A stretch of DNA of 64,000 nt from Azolla caroliniana (GCA_043228905.1 JBHGNT010000003.1:21948001-22012000), one strand, 5' to 3'; positions 1 to 15,091 are shown, counted from the first letter of the stretch. The notes: generated by a model not told the origin, from the sequence alone. Program-made: numbers and translations.

Positions 1-37
1 AAACAATGATGATTGTTATTCTATTATAATGTGACAG

Positions 38-3000
38 CGAGATTCCCATGAATCTAAAGGTAGAAACCATACGAAAGATCATGATGTTCCTTCAAAACGT
101 CAACGTGGAGATGATAGAGTTCGTAAAGAAAAGACAGATAAAAGTAGTGAAAATAGATCTCAAAGAGACAACGATCAGAGATCTCATAGAGATAGCGAAC
201 ATAGAAGAGGCCGTGATCGTGAAAGAGGGCATGATCATGATAGGTATGTCTCCCATTTTTATGATTTGAATGAAAATTTAGTGTGCACTATATAGAACAT
301 CTTGTTGATAGAACTTTCCATTAATTTGGCATGATTAACTCATGATAAACTTTCACAATTTTTTGGATTGTAACCTCATTCTAATTCTTAGACTAGTTCG
401 CTATTATCAAGGAACGTGAGGGGGTATTTATATAATTAAACTGATACAGGCATAGCCAAGGTTACGGTCAGGATCGAGAACGTAGGCACAAACAAAAGTC
501 TCGATCTCGTTCAAGGCGCAGGTCTAGGCAGCGTTCAAGGTCTCATTCGCTTTCTCGTAATACAAGGTATGCTACATGTTTCAAAAGTCTTGCTATTGTT
601 ACTTATTAGAGTTAGTCCTCATTAAATGTAAGATACTAGTTAACATACTTAATCTATACAAGTGCAAAACTGGCAAATTATCTCTGTAAATGCAGGAGAA
701 AGCAAAAGAATGTATCGTATTTTTATTTGGGAGAGAGCTAGAGCGAGAGAGAGATCTATTTATGCTTGAACAGGACTACTCTGCCTATTAGTCAAATCAA
801 TTTTACGATGTAATCCACGTACATAATCTATTGTAAAACCCGAAATACCTGAAACAAAACAATTGTACTCTAGCATTTCAAGTGATTGTGTTATGATAAA
901 CATACAGCCATTATAGATATGGATCCCATACAAAATAGATATATGGAAGGTGGGATAAGGATACCTCTGAAAAGGAAGTCATATCTTCATAGTACATTAT
1001 ATGAAGTGGCTACTCTATATCTCTCCCATGTATGATTGGACTTTTTGTATTCTAAGGTCTCTCCGGAGTCTGAGTTCAAGTTCTCATTTTTGTAACGCGA
1101 TTCTCTATGGATGTGACTTGAAGTGAATGATCACTAATAGTCTCAGTATTGGGATTATGTCTCCCAAGAAGTTTGGGCTTTGCACCTAGGATCTTTTCCT
1201 TGTTCTATTACAACCTCTCTATAGTGATTTGCAATAGATCTTTGCCTTGTTTATTACAAGCTCTCTATAGTTGTTTATGCTGGGCACTTCTGTTTTGGAT
1301 ATGGGCACTTCGGTTTTGGATATGTATCACTGGAAGGCGTAGACCATTCCTGAATAGACTCTTGACAGTACTTTGGTGTCCTCAGATGTTGAGCATCTTT
1401 ACATTCTACATTATCTTTTCTCCACTTTGTTTGCCATGTATCCTAATGGCTTCTAGGGTCTCAAGCCTCAACTGTGTGTTGGATCTATCCAGTGGTCACC
1501 GTCATGTAGGAATCTAATATAATCCTCTTAGCTGTCTTGCAACATGCTGCAATGTTTTTATAAGGCATGATCCTATCCTAGTTTAAAGTTTCTCAATCAG
1601 AGTATATTGTGGAATGTTGAATGTGATCATTAGCATGGTACTCCATTGTCTGATGAACTTATTTTCCTTGCATTCAATGAAAATTGGAGGTTTTTGATCA
1701 AGAGGAACCTTGTTTAGATAATGTAAAGTTCATTTCAGGAATTTTCAGGAATAAATAAAAGACATGTTTGTGTTTACTCTCCTTTTTGATAGATCATCCA
1801 AGCGGCAAAGTGGATTTGACATTGCCTTGCCAGCAGTTTCTTCTTTTGATGCTGGTGGTGCGTTTACAGGTTTGTCAGTTTTTTTTCATGTTTCTGTAGC
1901 AGATTCTTTTACTGTGATTGGTAACTAGTTTTCTTAAATAAGACATCAGCAAATCCATATTTTGTGAATGCATGGAAGTTTTTATGTGATTCAAACTGAC
2001 GGTTAAGTAATGCATAGGTCCTGTAGCAGCTGGCCTACCAACAGTCCCAGATGTTCTTCCTGGAATGTTCACCTTTGGTGCAGCTCAGGTATAGATCTAT
2101 TGATATCAGGAGAACATTCTGAAATCTCCCAGGGTTTTTCTTTATTTCCCAAATGGCCTTGGGCATCCCTGTCTCAAGAATGTTTGTGCTTTAGTACTAA
2201 CTCTATGGTCCAACAAACATTTATCCCCTTTTTCTCAATTATATGTGTTATTTTGAGCAACTATATTGTTACATCATCTCCTTGTTTCTCTCTTTCAGGG
2301 GTTGACCTAAGGCATTTGGGGGAATAATTGAAACTAGGGATAATTGGTTCTGGAAATAAATAAAAATCTCAGGGGTATAAAGTTTTTCCCCAGTAAAAAC
2401 TACCAAAATAACAATTCACTTTTTTGGAAATTTGTAACTAGCATTCAAAATGTGCGCACATAAGCTAGCCATGACGTCCTTCAACACTGTTTTTCCAGAG
2501 TATATCAAGCATACTTATCTTATATGTGTCTGTTTAGAAGTATGTAATCATGAGTATGTAGCTTTGTTCAATGCTTGAGGCTTGGAGACACTGCAATATA
2601 TACAACCATATGTGATAACGTTTGACTTTTGTACATTCTTCACATCTAAAAATAGAAGCATTACCTTTTGCAGTTTGGAAGCTTACCAACTGTCTCTATG
2701 CAATCTATGACTCAGCAGGTCTGCTCGTTCTCCTGTTAGATTTATTGTATGCCTGATGTGTCTTATTTTTGTGGCAAATTTATTCAGCATCTCATTTACT
2801 TTATTTTGACAAATTTGGCTCATACTTTCCATGGAAAAAGGCAACAAGACATGCAAGGAGAGTTTATATTGGGGGTCTACCTCCATTGGCCAATGAGCAG
2901 GTATGTGTACTGTGTGTTTTGGTGAAGTGGAAGTACATATATAAGAATCCGATTGTTATCCATTATGAAATGCATAGTATCAAGTGTGATGGTAGATGAA

Positions 3001-6000
3001 AAATTCAATCAAATCTCTATGCTTTGTGGAGTATGCAGAAATATTTGTTTAGGAACTAAGTTTCTTTCCTGCCTAGACGATTGCAACTTTCTTCAGTCAA
3101 GTAATGGCAGCCATTGGTGGCAACACAGCTGGTCCAGGTAAGAAATTATTGGAACTGGAGGGATTACTATGCTTTAAATTAAAAGTGGTTTATGCAGATA
3201 ACTGATCTCAAATTTGTATGATTTCACTAGGTGATGCTGTAGTAAATGTGTACATTAATCATGAAAAGAAGTTCGCTTTTGTGGAGATGCGAACTGTTGA
3301 AGAAGCAAGCAATGCAATGGCCCTTGATGGAATTATATTTGAGGTATTTTTGTTGGTATTTTATCGTTCAGTTGTTATAAGGTTCAAACTGAATTATATT
3401 TACATAGTTCTCATGTGCAGAGTGTCTCAGTCAGAGTAAGGCGGCCGACAGATTATAATCCCTCAGTAGCTGCTACTCTTGGCCCAAGTCAACCAAGTTC
3501 GCACCTGAATCTATCTGCTGTTGGGCTTACACCTGGGTAAACTCATTTAAACATTTTTATAATCCGATTATAATTACTCTATTGATATTGATATTTTTAT
3601 TTTTATTTCTTAGGGCTATTGGAGGTGCTGATGGCCCAGATAGGGTTTTTGTTGGTGGGTTACCATATTATCTAACAGAACCACAAATCAAAGAACTCTT
3701 GGAGTCATTTGGGTATGCCACGCATACTGAAGAGTTATGATAGTAAACATAATACTGAAATGTGCTTGTGCATATCTTTTTTTCTGTAAAACGTATATGG
3801 TTTATTAAGGTGGATAGTTTCATCTCATATGCAAATCTATAGCAGTAATGTTTACTCTGATACAATGAAACATGGTTCAATAAATTAATCAGGTTCTCAT
3901 TATCATGAAGGAGTACGAGGACATATAACCAAGATTCAAATATTTTTGTTTCATAATGTGATTAATCATCATTGGATGTGTACCGTAGATTAATCTCTCA
4001 CTATATTGAGCTATATGCTATGAATTCAAGGGATTTGATACCCTGTATCAGGCCATGATGCTGAATAAGTACAATTATAGCACTTCCTAGTGTGTAGCTG
4101 CTTTGACTTGGCATATGCCATTAATTTAAGTAGACTTGTTATCCTGGATCATACAATTGTGCAGTCCCAATGAGAGGATCCGCTGTTTCCGTTTCAGGTG
4201 GAAAGATCAATATTTTAACAATATATTATCTAAACAATAAATAAGACATAAGTCAATACATGTTACAAATAAATAACCACTGAGAATCAGTTAAGAACAT
4301 GATGCAAAAATCAAGAAAAACCTTGATGCTGAGCCAGCATCAAGAAGAAACACGGCAGTAGGAAAAAAGGTAAAGCGAAATTCCCTGGAAAATGAGAAGA
4401 GAAGAATCTGTAGAATAACAAGTTCAAGCCTAGAAACAGGAAATTTCATAATCCAACCATAGGATTCTGTCCTGGTGGTGAAGTAAGATCAACCCTGTGA
4501 GCTTACTTCCTCAGGTCTGAACATCCCTCATACTCCCTCAGCGAAGTATGAGGGTTTAGGGAGTTGCAGCCTTCCCAACAGGGTTGGGGAGGCCTGCATG
4601 ATGAACCATTGATTCAGTTGGTAGAGCACACCCCTGATAATTGCAACTAATATGAGCCCTATAAGTTCTGGTGCTTCCTTAGTGCTGCTGGATTTGCTGT
4701 AGGCCTCTCTTCCAATGGTGCTGGCGTTTCTCAAAGGATAATTTGTTGCTAAAGGGGCATTCTCTATTTTCTCCATTGCATGGGCTTTGAAGCTTACTAC
4801 CATTGGTGCTTTGAGTTTTGCAAACATGTACAGAATCTAGAAGCACTTCATTGGACATATTGATATGAGTAGGAATTTTGGATCTTCTGTTTTCAGATCT
4901 CTACGTGGATTTGATCTGGTCAAAGATCAAGAGACAGGCAACTCAAAAGGCTATGGGTTTTGTGTCTATCAGGTAAATAAGTTAGTCTCTGAATGTTTAT
5001 GTGGCTAATTGGCAGCTTCAAGAGACATTTATTCAGGGGATTCGCTAATGCATGCCAGAAGCAACAAAAATAGCTGTTTTTGTGTTGATTTTAATTACTT
5101 CATAAACATATCAGGATCCAGCTGTAATTGATGTGGCATGTGCAGCACTAAATGGACTTAAAATGGGTGATAAAACGTTGACTGTTCGAAGAGCGTCAGC
5201 CAGGTAAAAGAAGTTGCTGGGTCAATTTAGGATTCAGGAGTTCAAATTTACACAAACATTTTCATGTATAACTACATTTTGTGCAGTGGGCAGCCAAAAC
5301 CGGAGCAAATGTTTGCTCTTGCACAAGCTCAACAACAGTTGACAATGCAGGTATTGGACCCAGGAACAAAGTTATGTACCAATTCTTGTGCAGTAATGCT
5401 CCTTTAATAAACTAATAATTTATCTGGTATATTTAATTGTTTAGAAGCTGGCTATGCAAGTCGGTGGAACAGTTTCTCTTCCAGGTTTTCCTGGCTTGAT
5501 GACAGGAGTATCTGCTGGTTTGATGCCTGGAATACCTAAAATGACTAGTATCCCTTCATTCATTGAGATTCCATCGAAGGTTATTTGCTTGAGCCAGGTA
5601 ATGGCTTCTGTTTGTTTGATTCTTTAGATGCATAATATATATGATGGCATATCCATTCGCATGTAAGAGATTTGTACATACATGATAAGTACTTACATGT
5701 ATACTATATAAATGTAAATGCCAATATATATATATGTAAGTACAACAAAAATTCTGAAATGGCATATGAGGCCTAAAAACATTAACTTTGACAAGAACAT
5801 GGGGAACACAAATTTGGAAGAGAGTTTTAGAGGAAATGCTTGTTTTACAGGTAGTGACCATAGATGAGTTGAAAGAAGACGATGTATATGAGGAGATATA
5901 TGATGACATGAAGGATGAGTGTGGCAAATATGGTGAGTTGCCTTTTCTGTTTACTTCTAAGCACCGTACAAGTTTGCCAGTGTCCTCAATGAAAGATATT

Positions 6001-6390
6001 GTTTCTTATTGTGTTTGTTTAATCAGGAACCCTTGTAAGCATAGTCATTCCTAGGCCAAGTTCAATTGGAGAGAGTGGTGCTGGTGTAGGAAAGGTAATA
6101 ATAGTTCATGGCTTAGGTAAATTAATCATGTATGGCTGTAAAATATTATAAGCTTTGTTTTCTAACTAAACTGGGTATATGCCTGGTCGTCTGAGTGTGG
6201 CACTGTACGACATCGCTGTTTCTATGTTAACGTTTATGATCTATTCTTGCAGATATTTTTGCAATACAGTGATGAGACTGAATCTATAAAAGCAAAGGGT
6301 ATATTGCATGGAAGGAAGTTTGGTGGCAACACAGTATCAGCTGTTTATTATCCGGAAGCTAACTTCGTAAGGGGGGAGTATGATAGTTAA
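38..6390 (+). CDS. U2AF65: U2 snRNP auxiliary factor large subunit (U2AF65), multi-exon, 5' end outside window
   Basis: GT-AG exons read at 38-243, 450-566, 1793-1869, 2018-2088, 2674-2718, 2841-2900, 3077-3137, 3231-3343, 3421-3536, 3614-3712, 4897-4972, 5115-5203, 5287-5350, 5445-5597, 5851-5932, 6027-6094, 6253-6390 (TAA). They join into an RS-rich N-terminus, KRQSGFD, RRM1 (ATRHARRVYIGGLPP...EKKFAFVEMRTVEEASNAMALDGIIFE), RRM2 (DRVFVGGLPYYLTEPQIKELLESFG...SKGYGFCVYQ) and a UHM domain (YEEIYDDMKDECGKYG...GRKFGGNTV). Confidence 0.95.
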
Positions 6391-9275
6391 CACATTTTGT
6401 TTTATAGTAAAGCAAGTCTCTTTTTCAGGCCCTGAAAAAAGATGGTGGCATAAGTGGAAGATGAGGAATATGTAAACAATCATGTATAAGTATTTTGCAG
6501 TCCTTTGCAAGGATGCCAAAATCTTTTGCTTCAAAAAAGCTTCGTAGGATGTTATGTGTTTTCAGAACATTCAAATGTATTCACTGGCAAACTGTAGATG
6601 TGAGTGTGAAAGGCCAACTAAACTTACACGTCTTTAGAGCAGTTACAATGGAACAGTTGTATCAGACAGTTTTATTGCTACCTCATGTGAATTGTGAATT
6701 GGAATTTGTAATTGAATGGTGTATCCTAATGGAAGGATAGAAAGGCAATGAATATCTTTTTTTGAGGGCAAACATAGGCCAAATATCTCAGTTTGAAGAT
6801 GGAAAACATCTAGAATCAATTGATCAAGAGCACACCATCTCTCTTCCCAAACAGGGGAGACCTAGAATATTGGTTCCCCTTGGGCATGATAAAACTATAC
6901 AAATTCCATTGTTGGTTTGAAACTTCAATTAACATGTGCACAGCATATTCTCTACACATACACAAAGTATAGCATATTCTACATGTGCAAGAGCACACAT
7001 GCACTTGAAGAAGTAACTAGCTAGACACAAAAGAATCAAGCTAATGGATGAACCTACTCCTTGATCAATTAATGATGATGATTAAAGCTGCTTATTGGCT
7101 ACATTAAGGTGAGGATCAGATTGGGGAGTTGATAGCATTCCTTTTATACGTGCTCAATAAAATACATACACCATCAAAAGTGCACCCAAATGCAAACATC
7201 AAGTGAATTACAAATACTCACTTTATAGATAGCTAAGGCTAAGGGAATCTTATATGTAGTTTGGTTTTGTTTCCATGTGTATGCTATACAATTAATACCC
7301 AAAGATTTAACATATAAATAGTGAACACAAATGACAAACAAGTGATTTTGTTTTCCATCTTGCTTGTTGTACATATAAATGCTGAACACATATGGCAAAA
7401 ACAAGTTATTTTTGTTTTCCATCTTGTCTCGAGTCACTTGTGGACTACATATATATAGTCTTCTCCATTTTATTGCAATTTTTGTATCCATCCCTAAATT
7501 AGATTAGTTTCAAAATATCTTCCTTTGGTGGTAGTTTGTCAATAGGTTCGAAATTCTCGTTGTAGTCACGATTAATATTGGTGACAAACACAAATGAACT
7601 TGTCAACATGATTAGTACTAACTAAGCTAGTTAAATTTGTCATTTGTCGAGACATAGTTCCCATTGTTATTAGTGCTAATTATAATGGCTAATATTAGTT
7701 ACTCCTTGATTAAGTTCTTTGTTAGCAATATTAACCAACAATACAAAAGGCATGACCCATGGTAGCATCCCTCACAAAATGGGGAAACAAGAGATATCTC
7801 GAGATGATGTTTGAAGATATGTTTTAGACATTTAACATAAAAATATTCAAAATATGTTGGGATACAACTCTACCAACACTTATGGAAACCCATCTCATCA
7901 AGAATCCAAACGGCACTAACATGTGTAAAAGCTTCTTGTTTGGAACTAACATGTGTAAAAGCTTCTTCTAAAGTTTTTTTATTGTTAAAGATGAAGTTAC
8001 AAAATGTTCAATCATGGCTTCCAATGACAAGCAATTTGCGAAGGATTAATGGACGTGTATTCTTTTAGTTCCTCTCATTTGCTATTTGCTTTTGAAAGCC
8101 AAATTTGGAAGGGTTCTCGACATTCTAGACCATATAGTAGATGCCATACATGATCATATATACAATAAACAAAACACGCAAACTAGAGACATACCGAGGG
8201 CTGAACCTTGTAACAATCCTTTTTTTCACAACTTTCTTTTTCTTTCCATAGAGTGTCCCATATCCAAACATCCTTTAGACATAGATGCCCCAAGACCAAG
8301 GGATACCAAGGCCCAAACATAAGTTACCCATAATAATTTATCTACAATACAAACAAATGCCTGAAAAGAATTGATCTACAAATACAAACAAATGCCCGAA
8401 AAGGACCAATATATACTAAGGACCCAAAAAGACCCATCCCCACAAGATTCACCTTATCAAATGATAGGAAATCGGAGATGTTAGATTTCCAAAGATTTTA
8501 CTACCACACGTTAACTAGAGAAAAACATAAAAAACAACAACAAAAATCCTCTCTTTTGATTGATGAGTCTTCATTATCAAGCATGGGGATCAGCATCACA
8601 TTGGGATCCTTAGTTTGTACTTATTTTTCAGAATTTGGGGTGTTTCAAGGACAACAAGAGATCGCCTTATCCACACATCCATTGGTCACTAACTTTAAGT
8701 ACTACAAGTAACAAACTTACACAACGCTTTCTCATACGTTCCTACATACGATATGTATATGCACCTTTCATTTACTAATTACCCCATCCCCACCTTCTTC
8801 AATCCATGGGGCACACACACAACTCCAACAGCTCTTGTATTGCTTTGTATCATCGTGTGTTCTCTGGTATGTATGTCTTTCAAGCCTTTCTCACGATCAA
8901 GTCATGATGATCTGCCTTAGGGCTAATTAACTTGGGATTCACTTCTATAATGTCTGTTAATCTTGTGCTCACCTCGATCAAAAGGGCACATCGCCTAACC
9001 AAAATAAAAATAAAAATACTGGGGTGGATTCGACTCGAAGCCCCGCTCACCCCCGATCGATCGTTCATTATTAGTCCATTGTCCGTCCGTCCGTCCGCCC
9101 GTCTGTGACCGCAATTCCGATTGGGTTGAATGTCGGTTTCGTCTCTTGTGATTTTGGCTGTTACGGGCGGTGGTGCCGGCTAATCGATCCAGTCAGTGCA
9201 AATTGCTGCAGCTTACTCTACTTGAGTCTTGCGCAATGTGGATTGAAAGGATTTTCTGCATTGTTATTAGTATCA

Positions 9276-10739
9276 TTACAAGTGATAATCTCCTCCTCCT
9301 TGGGCTGTGCCGCCCCGGCTACCGCTACTCGCAGCTGAGCTAACAATAGTATATGCTGCTGCTGCCTCTGCCTGCTCGGCTGTATGATTGTTGATGAAAG
9401 CTTGAGCAGCAATGGCCATATTAGGAGGTATAATATGTTGCTCTGCCATTACAGAGATAGTGTCCTGCACATACTGCTGGCCTCCTCCATCCATATGGTA
9501 TTGAGAAGGAGGTGGAGCTATGGCCCTTGCCACTGCCCCTGATGGCGTCCATGGCGACGACACCAGAAGCGGCCCTGCCCACATTGGTATCGCCCCATGG
9601 CCTGCTTCTGTATTTGACCTAACCAGCCCTTCTGATGGCGATACTGATGCTAGAGGCACAACACCTCCACCATCAGGACCTGCTCCAGAAGGGGTGCTCA
9701 TCACAGAAAACAGTGGCCTCGCTAGATTTGTAAGGAAATCGGTGCCCGCCTGTTCGTCTTCTTCTTCATTCTTGAGGTGCCTCAGAGTTGAGCCTCCCTG
9801 GATGAGGCCGGTTGCTTTACCCTGGTTGAGATCCATATCCATGGGCGGATTGGTGCAGGGATCACGGAGCGTGCAGCCATGGCGATCCGCATCACTCAAT
9901 CCCTGGCCTGTGTACAACAACTCCATGATCTTCAGACTTGCAAGGCTATGGCGATGGCTATGAGGATGAGGATGAGGAGGAGGAGGAGGAGGGGGCGCTG
10001 CCCATTCATTGCCATGTGGAGCAGGAGTGCCATGATCTCTTCTATCTGTACCATCACCATCACCACCACCACTAGTACTACTATTGAAAGCAGCAATGGC
10101 ATAAGGGGTGTGAACATATGGGTATGGTATGCATCTTGTGTCTGCGAGATCTGCCGGAGAAGAAGAGGAAGAAGAAGCACGGCCGGAAGGAGGAGGAGCG
10201 GTTGCGATGGATTCGATGACGATCGGGTCCACGGTGGGGAAGAAGAAATTGTTGTCGAGGAGCGAGGGGCGGGCGGGGGCATAGGGATAGGGATAGGGAT
10301 AGGGATATGGGGGGATGATCATATTAGGGTGTAGCATGAAAGGCATGGAAGTGCCATGGTGATGGTAACTGTTGTAGTGGTGATTGAGAGGGGCCGTTTC
10401 GGATGCGGCAATGGCAATTGAAGAGGAAGAGGAGGAAGATCGGATAGAGGCGCTAGAGATGTGGAAGGAGGCGGGTACGGTTCCGGTCCCCGTGGCGGAG
10501 AACACGGCGTGCTCGGCGTGGCGCAGGAGCCATTGCACCGTCTCCCCGTCCGACTTGTGTCCGAGCTCGCGTGTGAGCTGGAAGATCCGGGCGGCGCACG
10601 CGGCCGGCATCCGCACCCGCCGCCCCCGCCCGTCCACCTTCGTGTGCCGGTCCTTCGTCGAGCTCCTCCTCCCTTTCTTCCTCCGCTTCCCTCCTCCTCC
10701 TCCTCCTCCTCCTCCTCCTACTTCTTCTTCATTCTTCAT
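9276..10739 (-). CDS. Class I (PCF-type) TCP transcription factor, intronless, 487 aa
   Basis: TCP domain [48 protein letters not shown]...ATGTGT is the class I signature. Poly-G/S/P/H low-complexity tracts follow. The exact start is uncertain because the ATG lies in a minisatellite. Confidence 0.93.
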   Translation of the reverse strand: MKNEEEVGGGGGGGGGGKRRKKGRRSSTKDRHTKVDGRGRRVRMPAACAARIFQLTRELGHKSDGETVQWLLRHAEHAVFSATGTGTVPASFHISSASIRSSSSSSSIAIAASETAPLNHHYNSYHHHGTSMPFMLHPNMIIPPYPYPYPYPYAPARPSLLDNNFFFPTVDPIVIESIATAPPPSGRASSSSSSPADLADTRCIPYPYVHTPYAIAAFNSSTSGGGDGDGTDRRDHGTPAPHGNEWAAPPPPPPPHPHPHSHRHSLASLKIMELLYTGQGLSDADRHGCTLRDPCTNPPMDMDLNQGKATGLIQGGSTLRHLKNEEEDEQAGTDFLTNLARPLFSVMSTPSGAGPDGGGVVPLASVSPSEGLVRSNTEAGHGAIPMWAGPLLVSSPWTPSGAVARAIAPPPSQYHMDGGGQQYVQDTISVMAEQHIIPPNMAIAAQAFINNHTAEQAEAAAAYTIVSSAASSGSRGGTAQGGGDYHL

Positions 10740-11035
10740 TCTTCTTCATATTCTTCATTCTTCTTCATATTCTTCATTCTTCCTCATATTCTTCATGCTC
10801 CTTTCATTCCTCTTCAAATTCTTCATTCTTCTTCATATTCTTCATGCTCCTTTCATTCTTCTTTAAATTCTTCATTCTTCATCTTCTTCATGCTCCTTTC
10901 ATTCTTCTTCAAATTCTTCACTCTTCTTCATGCTCCTTTCATTCTTCTTCATCTTCTTCATGCTCCTTTCATTCTTCTTCAAATTCTTCACTCTTCACTC
11001 TTCATATTCTTCATGCTCCTTTGATTCTTCTTCAT
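10727..11035. repeat. Degenerate CTT/GAA-rich minisatellite overlapping the TCP start and leader
   Basis: Repeated units such as TTCTTCATGCTCCTTTCATTCTTCTTC and TTCTTCATATTCTTCATTC. Confidence 0.9.
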
Positions 11036-14000
11036 TCCCATCCCCCCCATCCTTCTTCTCCATTCCTTCAATCATTTTGCCCCCCTTCTTCCTTTTCTTT
11101 GTTTTCCTCTCTCTTTTATTTTTTTCAAGGACCGGATGCTTTGGGACAAACAAGCAAGGAGCCCAAAAAAAGCACAAAGAGCAGCAAAGAAAGAAACCAA
11201 AAGGCAAAAAGCAAAAAGCAAAAAGCAACAAGAACAAGGAGGAGAAGAGAAAAAGCTTGGGTAGTTACAAGAGAGGTTAGACGAGAGTCTCTAGCTCGTG
11301 TGCGACCTCTTTTGAGTCCTCGATCTTATTCATCGTCAATGCATGAATCAAAGAGGGTTGGTCTGAGCAATGCATCTTTTGCTTAATGCCCATTAGTGCT
11401 TAGTGATAAAGAAGAAAAACAAAAGGCAAGAAAGATCTAGAATTCGATACCCACCCTTCCCCATACGGACGCAAACACCATTATCGCCTCGTCATAGATT
11501 TGAGACATTGCAAAGCCTTTATTCACTTGGTACATCGAGTTCTTCCATGCTATCTTCGAAAGATATTGGTCACTCACCCATATACACAAATCTTTCTTAA
11601 ATTAGGTCCACAATGAGACGACATAAAAAAAGAAGGAAACATGAATTATGAGAAAAGGCGAGACAATGTCTAGAACGAGGGGAGAGAAATGCAAACGGAT
11701 TAGAAAAGCAATGGACGAAGACAGAAAAGGGAAAACCTAAAAAGCATCACTACCCCTTTTTGGCAAAAAAAAAACTAAAAAAAGAGTCACATGTGCTCCT
11801 TCATCAATATATTGGGGCAAATTATATCGCCCTTTAGATTCTCATCCATTTACTTTTCTTTTCGTAGCAATTGGAGATGGTATCACAACACAAACGGATG
11901 TTTACTTTCATATATATAAAAGCCTCCTTCCTTATCCACATCGTTGTCGAACCTCTTGATCGAAATCAACGTTGGTTTAGACACTTACAAATACACGCCT
12001 CCAAAGCTTTGATTGAATTATTGGAAATTATCCTTGATTGTATATAACCACATACATAGACATCACCAAAGCAAATGTATCCGCGATGTTGGTTAGTCAC
12101 ATTCCACCATTGTTTCAAAGCTTAACTAGATATCTTGTCCAATGTTTCCATAATCTTTATTTCAAGCAAAATACTATCATGGTTTCAAACTCACATATAG
12201 TGGTCATTAAAGAATTGTAAAATGCGTAGATTTCATTTTATTAACTCAGGCTCACACACTTGCATAACATTGGCTGGACAATTTGTCGCATTGTCTGTCA
12301 TTGCTTGCAATTACTTACAAGTTATACCTATTTGATTACTATCAAATTATGACTGATCTATTGGTATTATGTCAAACATCCACGTATACATGCATCTTTA
12401 CTCTTAATAAACAAAAATTGCTAGGAGCAACAATATTTATGATGTGAACAACTTGATTTTTCATACTTGAATGGTCCACTTGCTTATCATTATGAATGTC
12501 GGGGCAAACAAACAAAAACTACTTTATCACATTTGCTGTTAATTACAAAGAAAACGTTACATCATTCTGATTTTAAATCACACATTCCTCACCAATGTGC
12601 TGAGTTATTGGACCATTGGCAAAATGTCAAGGTGAAGACCATGGATATGTTAAATTGGAGTTATATCATCTACGTTTTCTCTGATTTTGCACCTTCTTCG
12701 TTTTCTTCATGTTTTTGCATGCATTTTTTTGTATGTGTCTTTGATCAATGGGAAGGGTTATGTATATATATATATATATAATGAGTTCAATGGTACAAAT
12801 TTCATAACATTGTTTGTAGTTATTATTTAGGAAAAATATACGTTTTGGTCATGAAAAACTCATACGTAGGGAACGAGGGTAAAACTGGTCATGTTTATAT
12901 CCCATTTTTCATGTGCATATGTGTGCATTGTCGACCTAAATGCTAAAACGTATATATAAAAATCATGCATACTTGGCGAAGCACTCAAAATATCATAAAA
13001 ATCAAATTGCCACCACTTGCCTTATGAGAGTACTCCATATGAATATTAAAATGATGCAACAAAATGTCAATGCCAAGCATCCAATTGTGAAAATTTTTAC
13101 TATTATTTGTATCCGCTTAATTATAGGAACCGTCTCTTCGATAACAGTGAAAAGTCTATTCTTCTCCTCTTCTTGCACAATGGTGCAACGAATAGTGCCA
13201 TCTTTCATTTTGTGCATGTGGCGTTTCAATCAAATCAATATCCATGTCGTTTTATCTACATCAAAGAAACTATACTCTATCCAAGCAATGCATAACCACA
13301 ATTTCTTTGATATAACATGCGCATCAACACATGTCGCGGTCTCCATGGGATTTTTTCTTCAATTATAGAAACTTTGACAAGAACATCTAGCATTGACAAT
13401 CATATTTAGTTTACATACTGATGTTTATTTCATGATATTGATAACCATTTCGATGCCAAAGATTTTATTACTAGAAGACAAATATCTTGTAATCCCTATA
13501 GGTATTACACAAGCATATGTTCTTTTACAAATAGATGAAAAATGTATAACACGAATGATTGTATAGAAAAATTATGAATTAACATATGGGGGTGGCGTAG
13601 GGGCCAAGCAAACCATCAAAAATATTTTGGTGCACATTGCTTTTAACATTTCTTTGAAAACATCCATACACTTGAAATAGAAAATATGATTATATTATTC
13701 CATCACCGTGAATTACATATAGCGTTACAAAAGAATTTAAAAATGAGGATTTCACAAAATTGGACTTTGTCAAGAAGTTCTGTTGGTATAACCTATTTGG
13801 AAAACCTTAGCAATCTTGTTCGGAAGAAGCACTTTCCAAAATGTCAATTAAACCTTTGAATGGATTACACAAAATACAATATGCATACACAACAACATAC
13901 AAATGCATAACCCAATAGTATATTTGTAGTTATTCATTGTTTTGATTTAGGTAATCCAGTATTACATATGCTATAGTAGCTAAACCTTGAATTGTGTTAT

Positions 14001-15088
14001 TGAGTTTGTATGATTGTACTTACTTTAGACATCTTATTAGAAAATCCAAGAGCCTTGTTAAAACGATGTGGATAATGGTGGCGATTCATTTCAACAAGCT
14101 CACAATGTTTCCATTCATACGTACACAACTCAAGATTGTGGGAAGGCACACAAATCTCATAGGATTTTTTCATGCATTGGTGAATTTTTTACTATACCGA
14201 ACTCAGCCATCCATGCATAATCATGCTTCTTGTTGGAATGGTTATTTCAAGTTACCGTGTCTACTTTGTATAGCTTATAGTACAACTGTATGACACAAAT
14301 CTTATCCTATATTATCTCCCTCACATTGTAATCATTTGAAGTAAAACAACATAATTCACAACTATGATCAAGTCCCTTACCTATAAGGATGTCATAGAGT
14401 GTCACCCATTAGAGAAAATTCAACCACCTAGAATTATTACTATGACCAAGAGATATGCCTTTAGTACGAGGTCACACTTTTTCAGAAGGGAAATCACCAT
14501 TTTATCTCTTATTTCCAAAAATGTGATTACAAGTTTATCTCCAACGAGTATTTGCAATACACCTCTCCTCATTCTCTTCTCCTTGTGTTTCAGAAAAGAG
14601 CTTTCTTCCTTGTCATACTTCTATGTTGGGTTGAGTCATTTGATTTGAAGTGAACATTTTGATTGTAAGATATAGCTCTCCAAAGAAAAATATCTACCCC
14701 TAGCCTCTAATTATTTCTAGCACATAAAAATGATTGAATATAAAGTGTTCAATCACACTACTGTAGAATATAGACATGTGCACATTGTGTCTATTCAGGA
14801 TCAACATCAATTAGCATCTAGTTAGACCAATATTTGTCGGGATCTCATATGGTTTAGTTCCATATAGAAGTTCCTATAATTCTAAAAAGCAATACTCATG
14901 GAAAGTTGTATTAAAGTATCGTCCAATCACTTGATGTTGAGAACCTTGTCAGATATTACTAATGTTGGCACAAGGTAACAAGGAGGAGGAAACCCACAAA
15001 ATAGCACTACTAAAATGTAAAAGAAGTATAAAAACAAAAGTATAAGTTTGTTACTTCTTCTTCACTATATCATCTTGAGTCAAAGCAT

Positions 15089-15091
<3 letters not shown>

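Noticed and set aside
4150-4830. 99-aa minus-strand ORF inside a U2AF65 intron
   Set aside because: Probably a TE remnant, but I recognised no diagnostic motif or termini.
9520-11386. Several long + strand ORFs opposite the TCP gene
   Set aside because: They are antisense shadows of GC-rich coding sequence and the CTT minisatellite, with no recognisable domains.
12400-14700. Scattered short ORFs, possible DNA-transposon relic
   Set aside because: No identifiable transposase motif, TIR or TSD.
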